Source of the DNA: Thraustochytrium aureum
Lineage: Eukaryota
Direction: 5' to 3'
NCBI GenBank assembly: GCA_012862495.1
Contig: BLSG01000152.1
Location: 74,617-126,050 of the forward strand
DNA: 51,434 nucleotides
In this document: positions 48,628 through 51,434 of the stretch, one piece after another
Layout: each line of letters begins with the position of its first letter
Position numbering within the stretch: position 1 is the first letter of the stretch
Translations under genes and position numbers: made by a program
The notes under the pieces: generated by a model
The model's input: the letters and a program-made list of their open reading frames with translations, nothing else
Told to the model about the DNA's origin: nothing
The model's database searches: none

Positions 48628-51434
48628 TCAGAGCTTGGCGATCGATTCGCTGGGCACGATGACGATCTCGCCGTCATCTAGCTTGACGATGGCGTCGCTT
48701 CCGTCGATCCCCTCAAGCGCGCATGCCGTCCCGGCCAAGCGACCAGTCGTGACGCGGACGCGGTCGCCACTCTTGAGCGCGCCAGCGTCCTCGTCAGTGT
48801 CATGAAGAAGCGCAGCAGCTGGGGTGGCCGGAATGCCCGCCGGTGTCGCTGGAGTTTGGGGAACGACCGGGGCGGGCGTGGCGTACATGGAGCTGCTCTC
48901 TACCGCAAAGGCAGCAGGCGTGGGCGGCGGCTTGTAGCCAGGCGTTGGTGCTGGCTCGGGCGCCGACGGGTTCCAGGTGTCCTCCTCTGCGCCGGGAGTG
49001 CCAGGGCCTGGCGTACCCCCCCCGTTGGCGCCATGGTTGTCGGCGTTTGGGTTCCAGGCCTCCTGGTTGGCAGAGTCGTTGTGCCCCCCGGGGGTTCCAG
49101 GCGCATACATGGGCGTGCTGCTCGGCCCGCCCATGAGCGCTGCAGTGAGCGCAGCTGAGGGCGCGGCGCCACCGTACCCAGGCGCACCGAAACCTGCAGC
49201 GCCGCCGTGCCCCGGTCCAGAGAACGCAGTGCGCTGGCCGTGCTCATCGCCGACGACGATGACCTTGTCACGGCGAATGTCGATGATCTTCTTCTTCGAA
49301 TGCATCTCGACCTTGACCATGTCCTCTGTGGCAGAAACTGCAATACCGATGTAGCCCTTGTGTCGTCCGGCGCGGATCTGCACCGTCTTGCCGACGAGCG
49401 CATTGTCTCGGCCGCCGTCGCCGCGGCCGCGGCCTCTGCCGCGGCCCGCAGCGGCAGGCGCGCCCCGGGCGCTCTGATTAACGCCAAATCCTGAGGCGTT
49501 GCGGAGCTTGATGCCGGCGAGCTGGACGTTTCGAGCACGCTCGACAAAGATGCCCGCGTTGGCGTGGCGCATCCGCGAGTGGACAAAGAGAAAGGAGCGG
49601 TGGATGTGCTTGATGACGCCCTCGACGCCCGCGTTCTCGCCCGACACGACCTTGACAATCGAGTTTTCCTGAATCGGGTTGCGCTGCTTGTCCATGGCAG
49701 CTGTGGACTTTGACTTGTTGTTGAGCTTGGCGCGAATCTCCTGCGGGGTCACGGTGCGCAGGCTGCCGGTCTGGAGGAGAATGTCGAGCGACTCGCGCCC
49801 CACTTTGACAATGACGCCGACTTGCGTGCCCAACGTGACGAGGTCGTAGAGGTTGTAGCCTTTGAGCGAGTCGAGGGCCTGGGCCACCTCGGCGGAGATC
49901 TGCAGGTCGTCCAGGAAGGAGACGACTTCTTTTGCACCCGAGTCGGAGAAGATGATGGCTTTCCACTTGTCCACGTCTTCGATGATCTTCACCACCGAGC
50001 CCGTTTCGCCGGCATAGGCCCCGTTTAGCACCTTGACGTGGTCGCCCACCTGGAAGAGCTTCATTAGGTCCGTGGCGGAGAAGTCGAGCACAGTGCCGCG
50101 CACAGACTCGTCCAGCGGGTCGACCTTGACGTTGCCGGAAACGTCGACGGCGACAACCTCACCCTTGAGGTGCTGCAACTCGCCCTCGCGCACGACAACG
50201 ATGTCGCCCTTTTTGAAGACAGCCGCTTTGGCGCGCTTCGCCGCCTGGTCGCTGCCGGCCGCGCCAGACGCCCCGCTCGCCACGGGGAGCACTGCGCTGC
50301 CGAGCTCCTCGAGCACGTTGCCTCCTCGAGTGCGCCAGCGATGTCATCCTCCTCGTCGGCGTCCAGGTTGCGGCCGCCGTGGCGAAAGGCCTGCAGCTCG
50401 TCAAGTGTCGGCTTGACGTTTTTCGTCTGCACGAAGCGCTCGTTGAACTCTTTAAACATGTAGCCGTCCTTGAAATAGTCGTCGAGGACGGAGACGAAGC
50501 TGTCTTTCGAGTACGGCGGAAGCCAGGGCGGCGAGGTACTCTCGGCGTGGCCGCCGGCGGCCTCGATCTCGTCGAGGTTGAAGAAGCGCTTGGGCGGGAT
50601 GACCTTTTTCTCCTTGTGCTCGCGCCTTTGCTCCGGGATCGGTCATGGACAGGAGTGCAAAGTCGATACGAGGCACGAACTTGCACACCACCTTGCCAGT
50701 GGCCTCGTTGATCTTGACGATGCGGCCGAGGTCGTTCTTGTAGGGGAATCGGCGGAGACGCACGTAGTCGCCCTCCTTGACGACCTGCTTGCGCGTCTTG
50801 ACGCGCAGCACGTCGGTCATCTCATTGAGCGGGACCAGGGTGCACCGCGAGCGAAAGGCCCCGCGGATGCCTGCCACGGCGGCGTCGACGTGCTGTTGCG
50901 TCCGGGCCTCGACGTAGATGTAGCCCTTGGTTCCCGCGGACATGGCCGAGAATATCTTGAGCTTTTGCACCCCGTCGCGCTCTTCAGCAGCGCGATACTT
51001 GTTGATCAGCTGGATACAGAGCATCTTCTCCTCTCCCGGCTTGCACTTGACGCAGAACAGCTTCGGGTCGCTCACCGTCGGCAGGAACGCGTTTCGCGAG
51101 ACGATCGCTCCGTCGGCATCCCGGAGGTTGTCTTCTTCCTCGTTCTTCTGCTTTTGCCGCATGTCGAACTGCCGCGCGATTTCTTCTGCCGACCGCTTCT
51201 CAAACTGCTCGCGCTGTTCGAGCCGCTTGTCGTAGCGGGCCGCGATGCGCTTCTCTTCTTCGTTCATGTTCTCGCCGCTGCCGCGATACCCGCGCTCGGC
51301 TTCGTCCTCGCTCTCATCTTCATCGTCGACGTGGGCCTCGTCTTCGAACAGGGACGAGGGCGCCAGCCGCGCCTTCTTCTTCCTTCCGCCGCCGCGGTCT
51401 TTCCCGGGTCTTTTCCGCGCGGCCTTGCCTTTCG
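48628..51434 (-). CDS. SPT5: Transcription elongation factor SPT5 (5'-truncated at window edge); two frameshifts
   Basis: Acidic N-region, NGN domain (LPTVSDPKLFCVKCKPGEE...KGYIYVEA), multiple KOW motifs (FKKGDIVVVREGEL, FQVGDHVKVLNG, LVGKTVQIRAGRHKGYIG), Thr-Pro-rich CTR and terminal KOW. Frame switches at ~50635 and ~50320. Confidence 0.96.

Noticed and set aside
5374..51434. Functional clustering of RNA-metabolism genes (SmE, THOC1, MOV10-like, SPT5)
   Set aside because: They are interspersed with unrelated genes, and four of nine can arise by chance without synteny evidence.

Overview
Eukaryotic, GC-rich, essentially intronless genomic DNA from a draft assembly with 13 large N-gaps and about 18 single-base frameshifts, mostly at short homopolymers. 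Gene content and style suggest a protist, plausibly a stramenopile; that assignment is inference only. Gene order: TPR-containing putative methyltransferase (-), EGF-domain 7-TM protein (+), SmE (-), SAP-DCN1 fusion (+), THOC1 (-), a giant receptor-like gene (-), RMC1/Mic1 (+), a MOV10/SDE3-type RNA helicase (-), and SPT5 (-, 5'-truncated). The dominant feature is that about 15 separate minus-strand ORFs from ~40,970 to ~11,270 join into one ~30 kb reading frame of roughly 10,000 aa. Its architecture is 3 'GxHT-LQWR' beta repeats, 3 bacterial-adhesin-like cadherin-type repeats, dozens of IPT/TIG domains, Cys-rich GCC2/GCC3-type repeats and a ~10-11-pass membrane domain. Smaller oddities include a structured CGTCA-N14-TGACG dyad array, a PDZ-like insert in RMC1, a SAP domain replacing the UBA-like domain of DCN1, and a PAM2-like motif on the helicase. 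No rRNA, tRNA, CRISPR array or transposase was recognised. All family assignments come from motif recall, not database searches.
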